From Squalus acanthias (taxonomy: Eukaryota), in the NCBI GenBank assembly GCA_030390025.1, contig CM059432.1, positions 35,218,001 to 35,282,000 on the forward strand: a stretch of 64,000 nt of DNA, read 5' to 3'. Numbering within the stretch: the stretch's first letter is position 1; every line of letters starts with the position of its first letter. The position numbers and the translations under genes are program-made. The notes under the pieces were generated by a model. The model was not told the DNA's origin, searched no databases, and saw only the letters and a list, made by a program, of their open reading frames with translations. Of this stretch, positions 16,801 to 30,634 are shown one piece after another.

Positions 16801-17440
16801 TAGTATTTTATCCTCGTCCTCCATTGTAAAAAGTAATCATTTCACAAATCTGCCCTTTCCTTATTGTCAATTATGTCTTACCTGCATCTGTCTTTATTTT
16901 CCCCTTTACCACTCTCTTTCTCTTAATATATTTCGAAAAACTTTTACTGTTAGCTTTGATATTCCATGCCTCATCGTGAAGTTTTTTTCCATATTCGTTT
17001 GTGTACCTTTTATCACTATCTTTGTATCCCTTTGTTGCTTTCTATGGGTCTCCCAGTCTGCTGGATTTCACTTTTCCTTGCATTTGTGTATGCCTTTTCT
17101 TTTAACTTCAGATTGTCTCTTACCTCATTTGTTGACCATGATTTGATAACCTTTGCCTTTCAGGGGTATGTACTTCTTTTGTATTGTACCAAATACTTCT
17201 TTGAATAATTCCCAGTGTTTGTCTGTTTAGCCATTAACAGTTCAGCCATGTTTCTGTGGTCAATTTACTTCTCGTCCCTTCAAAGTTTAAACTTAAAATA
17301 TTGGTTTTTGACTCTCCCTAGTTCTTCTCAAACCTAATATCAAATTCACTCATATTATAGTCACTATTTATAACATGCTCCCTTACCATCAGATTGTTAA
17401 CTAAACTCTGGTTCGCTACTCATCACTAAATCTATTATGG
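13880..17440 (-). mobile_element. Old CR1 LINE fragment hosting a younger CR1
   Basis: Minus-strand ORF pieces [22 protein letters not shown]; the sequence continues across the insertion at 14241-15713. Confidence 0.8.
14241..15713 (+). mobile_element. CR1 LINE, 5'-truncated, nested in the opposite-strand CR1
   Basis: NYRPVSLTS, YLDFQKAFDKVPH, RPHLEYCVQFWSP; 3' UTR present; 7-bp TSD TCTCTAC (14234-14240, 15714-15720). Confidence 0.9.
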
Positions 17441-17639
17441 CCTGGAAGAATAGAAAGAATCCTGAAATTAGAAAGGGCCATTTGTACAACAGTCTGCTCC
17501 TGTATAATATGGTTGGAGATAGTTCTGGGAGAAAGCAACAAGGATGATTCCCGGACTTGGGTTCTAAGAAAGAAGAACCTCTACCTGTTCAGACCACACA
17601 TAACTAGGGTTGCCAACTCTGGTTGGACGTATTCCAACA

Positions 17640-18550
17640 ACAACTTGCATTTATATAGCCCCTTTCGTAAAATGTCCCAAGGCGTTTCACAGGAGAGTTA
17701 TCAAACAAAATTTGACACCGAGCCACATAATGGGATATTAGGGCAGATGACCAAAAGCTTGATCAAAGAGGTATGTTTTAAGGAGCATTTTAAAGGAGGA
17801 AAGAGAGGTAGAGAGGTTTAGGGAAGGAATTCCAGAGCTTAGGGCCTAAGCAGCTGAAGGCACGAATAGAGGTGTTCAAAATCATGAGGGGTCTGGACAG
17901 AGTAGATAGAGAGAAACTGTTCCCATTGGCGGAAGGATCGAGAACCAGAGGACACAGATTTAAGGTGACTGGCAAAAGAACCAAAGGCGACATGAGGAAA
18001 AACTTTTTTACGCAGCGAGTGGTTAGGATCTGGAATGCACTGCCTGAAAGGGTGGTGGAGGCAGATTCAATCATGGCTTTCAAAAGGAAATTGGATAAGT
18101 ACCTGAAGGAAAAAAAATTGCAGGGCTACGGGGAAAGGATTGGGACTAGCTGAAGTGCTCTTGCAGAGAGCCGGCACAGGCTCGATGGGCCGAATGACCT
18201 CCTTCTGTGCTGTAACCATTCTATGATTCTATGATTCAATTAAAATCGGGGCTGCGCAAGAAGCCAGAATTGGAGGAGCGCAGATATCTCGGAGGGTTGT
18301 ATGGCTGGAGGAGGTTACAGAGATATAATGGGGTGAGGTCATGGAGGGATTTAAAAACAAGGATGAGAATTTTTAAATCGAGGCGTTGTTTAACCGGGAG
18401 CCAATGTAGGGCAGCAAAGCTTTGGATGAGCTTAAGTTTATGGAAGGTGGAAGAGGGGAGGCCGGCCAAGAGTGCGTTGGAATAGTCAGGTCTAGAGGTA
18501 ACAAAGGCATGATGAGGGTTTCAGTAGCAGATGAGCTGAGGCAGAGGTGG
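17640..18550 (-). mobile_element. L2 LINE 3' fragment, interrupted by a + strand CR1 tail (about 17865-18238)
   Basis: LHWLPVKQRLDLKILILVFKSLH is a typical L2 ORF2 C-terminus; the inserted piece encodes RTRGHRFK...NFFTQRVV and ends in (attctatg)n. Confidence 0.8.
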
Positions 18551-19334
18551 AGGTTTCATCACATCACCGCCTGCCTCCATCACCCCAACTAGTCAAACAC
18601 CCTTCGTTCCCTTCTCCAATGTTTTTATAACTAATAAACAAAAGCATTTCCCTGTGTGTACAGGGAATCCATGCAATTCCCGGGAACCCTACCACCAGGA
18701 GAAGAGAGTAAGATTGGGTGCGTTTCTGGAAAACTCAACATTGCCCTTTAAAAACACAGGGCTCTGATGGGTGTAACAATGATTAGTGACAGTCTCCAGC
18801 TTATTTTTTTTGTGTCATGTTTTTGGCCATAAAGATGTTGCAAAGTCACCAATTCTAGTTTTAAATAGTAGTAGTAATAATAAAAGTTCCTGAGGGAGGT
18901 CACAAGGTGTTAATTAGGTGCTATGTAAGCTCAACTGGGGAGCAGTACTCCCTTAAAGAGAGAAGGGCTATTAGCTCTTTCAGACCTCCCTAGAATGGAA
19001 ACAAGGGCAGTTTCACAAAAAGCTGGTAAGACTATTTACAACTAAATAACTCTCCTGGTATTTCCAGGAAGAGTTGGAGGGTGGTTAGAAAAGGCCGTGC
19101 TGTTCTTGCCAGAGAAGAGAGTTGCTGCTGCAGGAGCAGGAGACTGCAGGCCGACAGTCTCCATCTTTGACCCTTTAGACACCAAATAAGCAAATTTAAA
19201 GCTGCTCTTGAGAACCAGAGATGGAAATATGTTGGGTTTAGCTACTTATATGCTGGCCGATTTTGTCCCCATTCCTAACGGCTGACATTAAAGAGGCAAT
19301 GATGAGGTCAATGAGGTTGGAGTCATAAGGGAAG

Positions 19335-20340
19335 GCACAAAGGAAGATGTCTGTGGTTGTTGGAGGCCAATCATCTCAGCCCCAGGACATCGCTGCAGGA
19401 GTTCCTCAGGGCAGTGTCCTAAACCCAACCATCTTCAGCTGCTTCATCAATGACCTTCCCTCCCACATAAGATCAGAAGTGGGGATGATGGCTGATGATT
19501 GCACAATGTCAAGTTCCATTCACAACTCCTCAGATAATGAAGTAGTCCATGCCCACATGCAGCAAGACCTGGACAACATTCAGGCTTGGGCTGATAAGTG
19601 GCAAGTAACACAAGTGCCAGGCAATGACTATCTCCAACAAGAGAGAGTCTAACCACCGCCACTTGACATTCAACGGCATTACCATCACCGAATCCCCCAC
19701 CATCAACATCCTGGGGGGTCACCATTGACCAGAAACTTAACTGGGCCAGCCACATAAATACTGTAGCAACAAGAGCAGGTCAGAGGCTGGGTATTCTGCG
19801 GCGAGTGTCTCACCTCCTGACTCTACCATCTACAAGGCACAAGTCAGGATTGTGATGGAATACTCTCCACTTGCCTGGATGAGTGCAGCTCCAACAACAC
19901 TCAAAAAGCTCGACACTATCCAGGACAAAGCAGCCCGCTTGTTCGGCACCTCATCCACCACCTTAAACATTCACTCCCTTCACTACCAGCGCACCGTGGC
20001 TGCAGTGTGTACCATCTACAAGATGCACTGCAGCAACTCGCCAAGGCTTCTTAGACAGCACCTCCCAAATCCGCGACCTCTACCACCTAGAAGGCCAAGG
20101 GCAGCAGGCGCATGGGAACACCATCACCTGCAAGTTCCCCTCCAAGTTACACACCATCCTGACTTGGAAATATATCGCTGTTCCTTCATCGTCACTGGGT
20201 CAAAATCCTGGAACTCCCTCCCTAACAGTACTGTGGGAGCACATTCACCACACGGACTGCACCACCACCTTCTCAAGGGCAATTAGGGATGGGCAATAAA
20301 TGCTGGACTTGCCAGCAATGCCCACATCCCAGGAACGAAA
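19335..20340 (+). mobile_element. CR1/L2-superfamily LINE 3' part (Crack/Daphne-like)
   Basis: [30 protein letters not shown]; 3' tail gggcaataaatgctggacttgccagc followed by an A-run. Clade assignment is tentative. Confidence 0.7.
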
Positions 20341-21245
20341 AAAAAATGACGGATGGTTTGTGACATCAAAATGTACCCATTTCTCTCAGTTGATAGTACT
20401 CTCACATCTGGATCAGAAGGCTGTGGCTTCAAGCCCCGCTCAAGACTTGGGTGCATAAATTAGGCCAACACCTCGAAGCAGTACTGAGGTAGTGCTACAT
20501 TGTCAGAGATGTTATCCTTTGGATGAAAGATTAAACCATCTGTCCCATCTGCCTGTCCCAGTTACTCAAGCGCGGTCTTGAAGACTAGATAATATAGACC
20601 ATGATAAGATATTTCACTTCATCCAGAACAGGAGAACCAGAGGACACGGCCTGTACTTGAAGAGGGGTAAATTCAAAACTTACCTGCAGAAATAATGGCC
20701 GGAATTTTCTGGGGTCCGTGCGGGCGCGATCGGAGGTGGGTCAGGTGGGAAATTTGAAATATGTTGGAACGGGTCGGGAACCCGCCGTCATCCCGCCCCC
20801 ACGTGCCTTTCCCTTGGGCGCGTTTGCCGGTGTGGCAGCAACCCAAACGGCAGAGGCGGGCAACCTAATTCAAATCATTATCAGCTTGTTGTCAGACCCT
20901 TAAGCACCTTTTTCAGCCTACCTTTCAAATTACCCTGGCTGCCCGTAGGATTCACGCAGCTCGGGAACCGTATCTGTCAGCCTGAGGCGGTAGTTGAGTG
21001 GCCATTGCTCCAGCTGATTAGTTGACCTCATGAAATGTACTATAAAAGCTCCCACCTCACAGCTGATCACTTTCCTCAGGCAGAAGCTGTTGCTGACTGC
21101 ATTTCCAGCACAGATTTAGTTTTCTACAGACTGCAAGTGCTTGCAGCAAAGTCGCCATCCAGTCTCACCTCATTGGTAGAGCCTATCACACCACTGACAG
21201 ATCGCTTCTCTCATCTCTACTTGACCTGCCATCTATTCCATCAGC

Positions 21246-22474
21246 ATGGGTGCCATTTATACTGTCTCACCTTGGTCCTCAGAATTGGACCACGATGAGC
21301 CCCAACACCAGCAGCACCAACAACAACACCACCAAACTTCTCAACGACCTGATGCTGCACAGGACAGAGGGCCTCAGCGCAGGACTGCACTGTGCCAGAG
21401 GCGGTACCCCTAACACAGGGTATACAGGAAGAGGATGAGCTTCCTCAACATGACTGAGCAGCAGTGCCAAAGGAGGCTCAGGCTATTGTGCCAGGACGTC
21501 GCAGACATTTGCAGATTGTTGGAGCAAGACCTGCAGCCCAGAGGAGTGGGTGGACACGCCTTAACAGTGGCTGTCAAAGTCACCAGAGCCTTCAATTTCT
21601 TTGCCTCAGGCGCTTTTCAGGGATCTGCAGCAGACATTTGCGGGATCTTGCAGTCGGCCGCCCACAGATGCATCTCACAGGTCACTGATGCCCTCTCTGA
21701 CAAGTCAGCCAATTATATCAACTTTGTCACTGATGAAGCCAGTGTGACTGAGCGGGCGCTTGGCTTGTGGCTCTAGCTGGCTTCCCACGGGTGCAGGGCG
21801 TCATCAACTGCACACATGTGGCCATCAGGGCACCTCATCATAACCCAGGAGTCTTTGTCAACTGCAAGGGCTTCCTCTCCCTCAATGTGCAGCTGGTCTG
21901 CAACCATAGGAAGATCATCATCCATGTGTGCGCTAAATTCCCTGGCAGCTGTCATGACTCTTTCATCGTTCGCCAGTCCACCCTCCCTCAGCTCTTCGCT
22001 CCTCCAAACAGACTTTCCAACTGGCTGCTTGGAGACAAGGGCTATCCACTGAAGACGTGGCGCATGACACCCTTGAGGAGGCCAAGTACTGAGGCCCAGG
22101 AGAGATATAATGAAAGCCACATTTCCACCAGATGTGTCATAGAGCAGACAATAGGCATGCTCAAAATGCACTTCAGATGCCTTGACAGATCTGGAGGAGC
22201 CCTTCAGTACGCATCAGCCAGGGTCTCCAGATTCGTCGTGGTCTCCTGCGCCCTGCACAACATAGCGCAGCAACGAGGATTAGCGCTGCATGAGGAGCAA
22301 AACACTGAGCGCACAGCCTCTTCAGAGGAAGAGGAGCAGGAGGAGGAGGAGCATCAGCTGGAAGACGAGGAGGAGCAGGAGCTGGAGGATCCTGCGGGCC
22401 AGACCCCACCAGCACCCGAGCACATTGCTGCCTGGGAGGCATGGGATGGCCTCATCATGGCCAGATTCACTTAA
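21246..22474 (+). pseudogene. Harbinger DDE transposase (HARBI1-like), disrupted
   Basis: ATG at 21246, in-frame TAA at 21411, frameshift near 21770; motifs [13 protein letters not shown] (first catalytic Asp changed to Asn), [29 protein letters not shown], acidic tail. Confidence 0.9.
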
Positions 22475-22806
22475 CTTTACACAGTACACCCATATGGCTG
22501 CCACATGTTGCGCCAGGTTGGCACCACCCCACAGCAACACCATAAAGGATCCCTACAATGACCAAGCCATTCCTTTCATACTGACCACCATTGCTGGAGG
22601 TACCGTCATGTCTCACCATTCATTCCAACTCACTAAGTCACTTCCAAAGGTGCACACAAATTTGTCCAAGACCGGAAAGTGGTGAAAATAAAGATTTTTA
22701 TGGTTGACATTACATTAACGGAAACTTGACATTAGCAGTGAATAACACACCCAAGTGGGTACCGTTGTGAATCTACTTGTGTGTCATCTTTCTCTTACGC
22801 ATGCTT

Positions 22807-24695
22807 CTACAAGGTGCTACCCCGTGGCTTCAGCAGAGGTAGAGGCAGCCTGCTTACTTCCCTGCTGCGACTGCTTAGACAATCATGGTGGATGTCCTCT
22901 GGGATTTGGAGCCTGTGATGGCCCCGCCTAATTCTGCTGCTCCTGCGACTGTGCAGGGGCAGACTTGGCCATCGCTGTCCGAGGAGGCATCTGGGGCTCT
23001 GACTGAGGGGTGGCAACGGGGGAGAAGTGTAAGCGTGTTGAGAGGAGCCCCCACTTCCATGTCCTCTCTCACTGTCCTCCCTCTCATCGTCATCCCTCTC
23101 ATGGGCCACCCACACTTCCCTGATAGCAAAGAGCTGGAGAGTACCTTGCTGCACATCAGTGGGGCCATGAGCACCCATGTCTACGCTGATATCCCTCCTA
23201 GACAGGAGGTCTATGAGCCTCTGCCATCTATGCTCCATAGATAGCCATCTATTCTCCATAGAGACCATGTGCTCCTGTGAGTGGCGCATTAGCTGCTCCG
23301 TGCAGGTGGCCATCCTATTCATGGAGGAGCCTACAGTCGTCATCGCCTGTGACACAGTGGTGCTCATGTTGGAGATGGACTCCTCCATTTTCTGAACATT
23401 TGCAGACATTGCAGTCGTAAAACCTGTCAGAGTCCCCTGCACTTCTTCCTGCACCTCCAGGATCGCCCTCTTTCTGGATGGCCCCCAAGGCTCAGCGTCT
23501 GCATGCAGCTGAGCAGAGCTGGGAGCATCCTGCGCCCTCCGGCAAGGAGGTTCCACTGCTGTCCCTGTCTCCATCATCTGCTCTTGCTCACTTGTGACTT
23601 GTGACAGACTCGGTGACAACACTACTCTATCTCGCGTGGGACCCACCAAGGTGTGCGTCTCTGCGCTGATGCTGGGTGCGCTTATGTCTGGTGACGCTGT
23701 GCCTTCAGAGGTTGGAGGCTCCCCTGAGGAGTCGTCTTCCTCTTCCTCCTCAATAGTGGGGGGGGTTCTTGATGGACCTGTGGGAGAGTAAAGAGATGAG
23801 TTAGATATGCCATATGAAGAATGGGTGCAGATACCATTATGCACATGATGACCATTCAGTGGCTGATGACATCAGTGCCCATATGAGTGACTGATGTATA
23901 CCATGTAGCTGTATGATATGTAATTCTGTCACCAGATTGCTAAGATGTCCCCCTTCTCTCTGTCTCCCACCTCCAGCTGCTCGGCCACTCCCGATACTTC
24001 CAACGCAGCCTCCTCTGCTGTTATGAGGGTGGCAAATGATGGAAGTCCACCTCCAGTTCTCTCCCTCTCCCTCTCATTGTGGGCTCTCTTTTCCTGCAAG
24101 GAGGGAAAGAAGAGAAGGTTGAGTGAGACTGATGGAATGAGTGTAAGGAATGGATGGGTTACATCTTTAGAGGGAGACTATGATGGATTGGGGTGGCAAT
24201 GCCAAGTGGCCTCCTTGCGTGTTGTTAGTTGGTATGATTGCATTAGGATGAGGGTGAGTGTGAGGGGTGGCTAGTGAGATGGGGATGTGATAATGTAGAT
24301 AGAGAGAGGGATGGGTGGAGGTGCAAGGTAAGTTGGTGTGAGTAAGGATGTGCTGGAGTAGGGTTGGGAAGGCAGAGTGATGGGGATGTGATGAGAGGCA
24401 CAGCAGGATGAAGTTGAGTGTGGCTTTGCACTCACCTTTCCTGATCTAATGAGATCATTGAAACATTTCTGGCATTGCACCCAGGGGCTCCTGAACACAC
24501 CCTGCTGTTGACCTCCTCTGCAATTTGGAGCCAGGCTCTTTTTGTCTCCTGGGGAGGTCTCTTCCGCCCATTCGAAGGGAAGAGGACCTCCCTGCGTGCT
24601 CTGACTCCCTCCACAAGCATATGGAGGGAGTCATCGGAGAACCTGGGTGCAGCCCTCTGCCTCTGTGCAGTCATGTCTCCAAGTGTTTGAAGCAA
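22807..24695 (-). pseudogene. Harbinger Myb/SANT-like DNA-binding protein gene (exons about 24695-24436, 24093-23933, 23777-22807), disrupted
   Basis: RAAPRFSDDSLHMLVEGV...AWLQIAEEVN...QCQKCFNDL trihelix motif; EKRAHNERERERTGGG; GT/AG borders; frameshift near 24500. Confidence 0.8.
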
Positions 24696-24746
24696 TCAAA
24701 GCCTCCAGAGCAGTGACGGCACACTCCTAGATGAACCTTCAAATGT

Positions 24747-26018
24747 CTTCTCTCTCTTAGGCAGTCCCTCGGAACCTAGGATGACTTGCGTCCACATTAA
24801 AAATGAGTTCGCAGGTGACTGATGAGTCCAATGCGGGACCTACAGTCTCTGTCACAGGTGGGGCAGACGGAGGTTGAAGGGGCAGGTGGGTGGGGCGCTT
24901 GGGTTGACGTGCACTCCTTGCGCTGCTTGCGCTTGGCTTCTGCTTGCTCCCGGCGAAGACTCAAGATGTTCGGCGCCTTCCCGGATGCTTTCCTCCACTT
25001 TGTGCGGTCTTGGGCCAGGGATTCCCAGGTGTCGATGGGGATGTTGCACTTTTTCAAGGAGGCTTTGAGGGTGTCCTTGAAGTGTTTCCTCTGCCCACCT
25101 GGGGCTCTCTTGCCATGTCGGAGCTCCGAGTAGAGCGCTTGTTTTGGGAGTCTCGTATTGGGCATATGGACGATGTGACCCATCCATCGGAGCTGATCGA
25201 GCGTGGTCAAAGCTTCGATGCTGGGGATGTTGGCCTGAGCGAGAACACTGACATTGGTGTGCCTATCCTGCCAATGGATTTGCAGGATCTTGCGGAGGCA
25301 GCGTTGGTGGTACCTCTCCAGTGCATTGAGGTGCCTGCTGTACATGGTCCATGTCTCTGAGGAATACAGGAGGGCGCGTATCACTACTGCTCTGTAGACC
25401 ATGAGCTTGGTGCCGGGTTTGAGGTCCTGGTCTTCAAACACTCTCTTCCTCAGGCAACCGAAGGCTACACTGGCACACTGAAGGCGGTGTTGGACTTCGT
25501 CATCGACGTCTGCCCTTGTTGACAGTAGGCTCCCCAGGTATGGAAAGTGGTCCACGTTGTCCAAGGCCTCGTCGTGGACCTTGATAATCGGGGGGGGGGC
25601 AGTACTGTGTGGCAGGGGCAGGTTGGTAGAGGACCTTTGTCTTACGGATATTTAGTGTAAGGCCTATGCTCTCATACGCTTCAGTGAAGGTGTTGATGAT
25701 GGTTTGGAGTTCGACCTCCGAGTGTGCGCAGACACAAGCGTCGTCTGCATACTGTAATTCGACGACAGAGGATGGGACGACCTTGGATCTGGACTGGAGG
25801 TGACGGAGGTTGAACAGTTTCCTGTTTGTTCTGTAAATTAGCTCCACTCCAGCGGGGAGCTTACTGAGGGTAAGATGGAACATTGCAGCAAGGAAGATCA
25901 AGAAGAGCGTTGGTGCGATGACACAGCCTTGCTTGACCTCAGTCCATACGTGAATTCGGTCTGTGGTGGAACCGTTGGTCAGGATCACGGCTTGCATGTC
26001 ATCGTGAAGCAGGCGTTT
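24747..26018 (-). mobile_element. RTE (BovB-like) LINE, 5'-truncated, inside the Harbinger element
   Basis: VKQGCVIAP, LQYADD, FPYLGS, C-terminal CPTCDRDCRSRIGLISHLRTH zinc finger; RTE tail gggactgcctaagagagagaag; flanked by a 120-bp direct repeat. Confidence 0.92.
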
Positions 26019-27106
26019 GGAGTCATCGAAGAACCTGGGTGCAACCCTCTGCCTCTGTGCAGTCATGTCTCCAAGTTTTTGGAGCAATCAAAGCCTCCAG
26101 AGCAGTGACTGCACACTCCTAGATGAACCTTCAAATGTAATGTGGCCATAGCTCCTTTAAATTACCTTGCTGAAAATGCATCATGGATCATGACATCAGA
26201 CCCGCACCATTTAATAGGGCCGGGTGACGCGCAGGGCAGGCTTAATAGGCCCCATTAGCGCAAAGTCGGTTTCTGCAGCGGGATGGACAACGGAGTCGGG
26301 ACCCGCCACGCCAACCACCCGCACCCGACCTGTCCAGGTAAAGAAAATTCCGGCCAATATTTCAGTGGGCGAGTGGTCAATCTATAGACAGACTCCCTAG
26401 GGCAATGGTGGAAGCAGATAGTGTTGATCCATTCAAATGCAAATTATATTTATTTTGGAAAATAACATTTGGGGATACAGTATATGAGTAGTTTGAGATA
26501 TGACATGTTGTAAGTGTAGCTTGGGGGGAACAAGTAACTTTGGTCCTATGGTTCTCAAAGCTCTCCGTCCGGCACTGGGATTTCCTTGTATTATTTCTGA
26601 GTCTGTTGTAGATTTATTGGTAAGAGATTGATTGCTATGATTAGTCAACAACTCCATTATCGTCGTATCATTCGACTACCAGGATGGTCGAGAAGTAGGG
26701 AGTTATCCCAGTGTCCTGGCCAACATTATCCCTTCAAAATAAAAGCAGATTAACCTACTCTTCACTTTATTCTTATTTGTGGGATCTTGTTGTGCGCACA
26801 ATGGCTGCCACGTTTAACTACTTAACAACAGCCAGCCCACTTTAAAAGGAATTCAATGTTTGTGAAGAGCTGATGAGCTGTACCAGTCCGAGTCTTCATT
26901 TCAAAATGTGCCAAGCAAATGGAATCCAGGCAATTAACAGGTTAAACCCAACATCAGAATTAGAGGAAAGATTATATTCATCTATATTAAAGACAGAGAG
27001 CAAAGAAAAAAAGGAGGTTCTTTTTAAAATGAAAAATACAAGGTTTAAAAATAAATCCAATTGTATTTAAAAGAGGTATTTGTTTAGCTCCTCCCCCATG
27101 CCTACC

Positions 27107-27148
27107 TCATGTGATATGGATGAGCTGGAACCTAGTGCAGTATAAAAG
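27107..27148 (+). promoter_or_regulatory. Putative core promoter of the intact actin gene: TCATGTGA E-box and TATAAAAG
   Basis: TATA at 27141; plausible non-coding exon about 27170-27229, GTAAGA donor at 27230, acceptor CAG at 27314-27316 before the ATG exon. Confidence 0.55.
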
Positions 27149-27336
27149 AGCAGCGAACAAGGTAAGGAATATATCAATAATCTTAATCACTGAGGGTTGC
27201 AACACAGTGTGCTGGGTTTGTCCTTGAAGGTAAGATTTGCTGGTGAATTTACTGCAAGAATATGGTTTGCTTTTTCTGTCTACAATATGCTGTGCTTTTT
27301 TTTTCTCTCTCTGCAGTGATTTCTAGCAGGTTCTGA

Positions 27337-27501
<165 letters not shown>

Positions 27502-28647
27502 TAAAATATATTAAGTAGATTTAAAATTTTGGCTTATGCTTCAAGGATGTGAATTGAAGGTCAAAAGACTTCTTAGCACAACTGGTCTGTTTTCCTTTCT
27601 GATGTATGAAGGATATGGTTGTTACTAGTTCAGCAATCCAAATGCCTGGACTAATATTCCAGAGAACATGAGTTCAAATCCCACCATGGTAGTCTGAGAA
27701 TTTGAATTCGCTCTTTTAACCTGGAAATATCAGGTTTAGAGTTTAAAAAAAAAAAAAAAAAAAATTATGAAGCTGTTTAATTATTGTGTAAACCCAACTG
27801 GTTCACTAATTTTTTAATGAAGGAAACCTGCTGTCCTTGCCCAGTCTGGCCAATATTCAACTCCAGTTTCCACCCAATGTGGGTGACTCCTGACTGCTCT
27901 CTGAAGTGGCCTATCAAGCCATGCCTTGTGTCAAATATCTGGAATGGGCAATAACTGCTGGCCTTGCCAGTGACACTCCTGTCCTTGATAAGGAGGGTGT
28001 GTGAAGTGATAAATTGGGCTGTGGACTGCAATTTGGTTGCTAGGAGACTGATCATGATCAGCTGTACCCTGTTGTCCATGATTAGCTTCACATTACTGGA
28101 GCATAAGCATCCAGGAGCAAGAGATTCTCAAAGGGATACCATCTCTTTTGGAGAGGGTGGTGAAGGAAGGAAAAAAATGAGGCAGAAGAAGGAACTTTTC
28201 AAATTAAAAGGCAATGCTGCTTCTGTCCTGATGCTGTTTATATAAAATGAATGATGAAATCAGCCATTTTAACAAGTGACTTTGAATTATACTAGCTGGA
28301 AAAAAAATTCTGCCTGTCAGTGCTGTAAAACAAATGTGGGTTCTCCTTTATTTTTAGGAGGGCTATAAAGAGAATATTTAGGCAAAAATATATTGGCTGG
28401 ACAAGATTACCCAGGATACTTAGATTGTGAACTTCACTGCTGATCTACAAATCAATAGATCAATTTATCAAGAAATATAAATTCTTGGCACCCACTCAGT
28501 AGTGTTAATTCCATTCTGAGTTTTTTCCATATTTGCTTGAAAGCATTCTGTCTGCTAAATGATGTAATGCATGTTTCTGCCTGCTACCTGTTCTCTTGAG
28601 CTCTGAGCGAGGGAAGCTTGCAAATTGACCTCCACTGAAACAGCAGG

Positions 28648-29015
28648 GTGGTGTAGTGGCTGTTACTGGACTAGTAATTCAGATGCCTGAGCTAATCTAG
28701 AGAACATGAGTTTAAATCCCACCATTCTGTTTAAAATATCTGGGAAAAATAAAAGGCAGGTATTAGTAAAGTGACCATGAAATTGTTGCATTGTCACTTT
28801 TTTTTTTAAAAACCCAACTAGTTCACAATGTATTTTTTGGGAAGGAAACCCTGATCTGGCCTATGGACTCCAGTCCAACACTGACTTGGTTGGCTCTTAA
28901 CTGCCCTCTGAAGTGGCCTAGCAAGCCACTCAATTGTATCAAAGGCCCACCACCTCCTTTGGGTAACTATGGATAGGAAATCCTTGGCAGCAATGCCCAC
29001 ATCCTGAGAATGAAT
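28648..29015 (+). mobile_element. tRNA-derived SINE (second family; tail shared with the LINE at 19335-20340)
   Basis: A-box tggtgtagtgg, B-box-like gagtttaaatccc, tail ...ggcagcaatgcccacatcc; related copies at about 27615-27970, 35585-36690 (split by a MITE), 40500-41130, 48860-49160 and 56290-56495. Confidence 0.65.
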
Positions 29016-29267
29016 TTTTTTTTAATGTCAGTATGTGGAAACTCTCAAACTGAGGCTGTGCTCATTAGTTGAGTGCAGCCCCTCTTCCTGCCACACTGTG
29101 TGCCATGGGCAAGAAAGAGCCTCCAGTGCCATTATCACTCTTCCTTGCTTGCCAAGCCTTTAGAATTAGCTCACTTTATTCCAGTGCAATGATTAAGGCT
29201 TCTACAGTTAAATGAAGTTCTATGTCTGAATCTTCAAACCTAGCATTGGAGGGTGGGGGGGAAGAAG

Positions 29268-29530
29268 TTGCCTTGGCTCAGTGGTAGCACTTTTGCATGA
29301 GTCAAAAGGTAGTGGGTTCAAGCCCCACTCAGGAGATTTGAGAACACTTCACTGCAGTATTGAGGGGGTGCTGCACTGTTGGAAGATGTCACCCTTTGGA
29401 TGTGACCAATCAAGGCCCTGTCTGCCCTCTTGGGTGGGGTGGACCTAAGATCCCATGGCTCTTTAAGAGCAGGGTAGTTGTCTGGGGCAATAGTTATCCC
29501 TCAACCAACACCTAAAACAGATTGTCTAGT
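29268..29530 (+). mobile_element. Deu-like tRNA SINE in the actin intron
   Basis: A-box tggctcagtggtag, B-box ggttcaagccc, core actgcagtattgagggggtgctgcactg. Confidence 0.7.
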
Positions 29531-29587
29531 GGGACTTTTTTTTTGCTACTTGCCATTCAGCATCATACCCAGATTCCATAACTTTAA

Positions 29588-30634
<1,047 letters not shown>

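Larger units (their letters stand above)
20697..26355. mobile_element. Full-length PIF/Harbinger DNA transposon with convergent transposase and Myb/SANT genes (inactive)
   Basis: Perfect 14-bp TIR GGCCGGAATTTTCT ... AGAAAATTCCGGCC; 3-bp TSD AAT (20694-20696, 26356-26358); flanks rejoin into a CR1 tail. Confidence 0.95.

Noticed and set aside
21246..22474. Domesticated host HARBI1 gene
   Set aside because: It lies within TIRs and a TSD and has a stop, a frameshift and a mutated catalytic Asp.
29268..29345. tRNA gene
   Set aside because: The A and B boxes belong to a SINE head; there is no complete cloverleaf and the SINE core follows.
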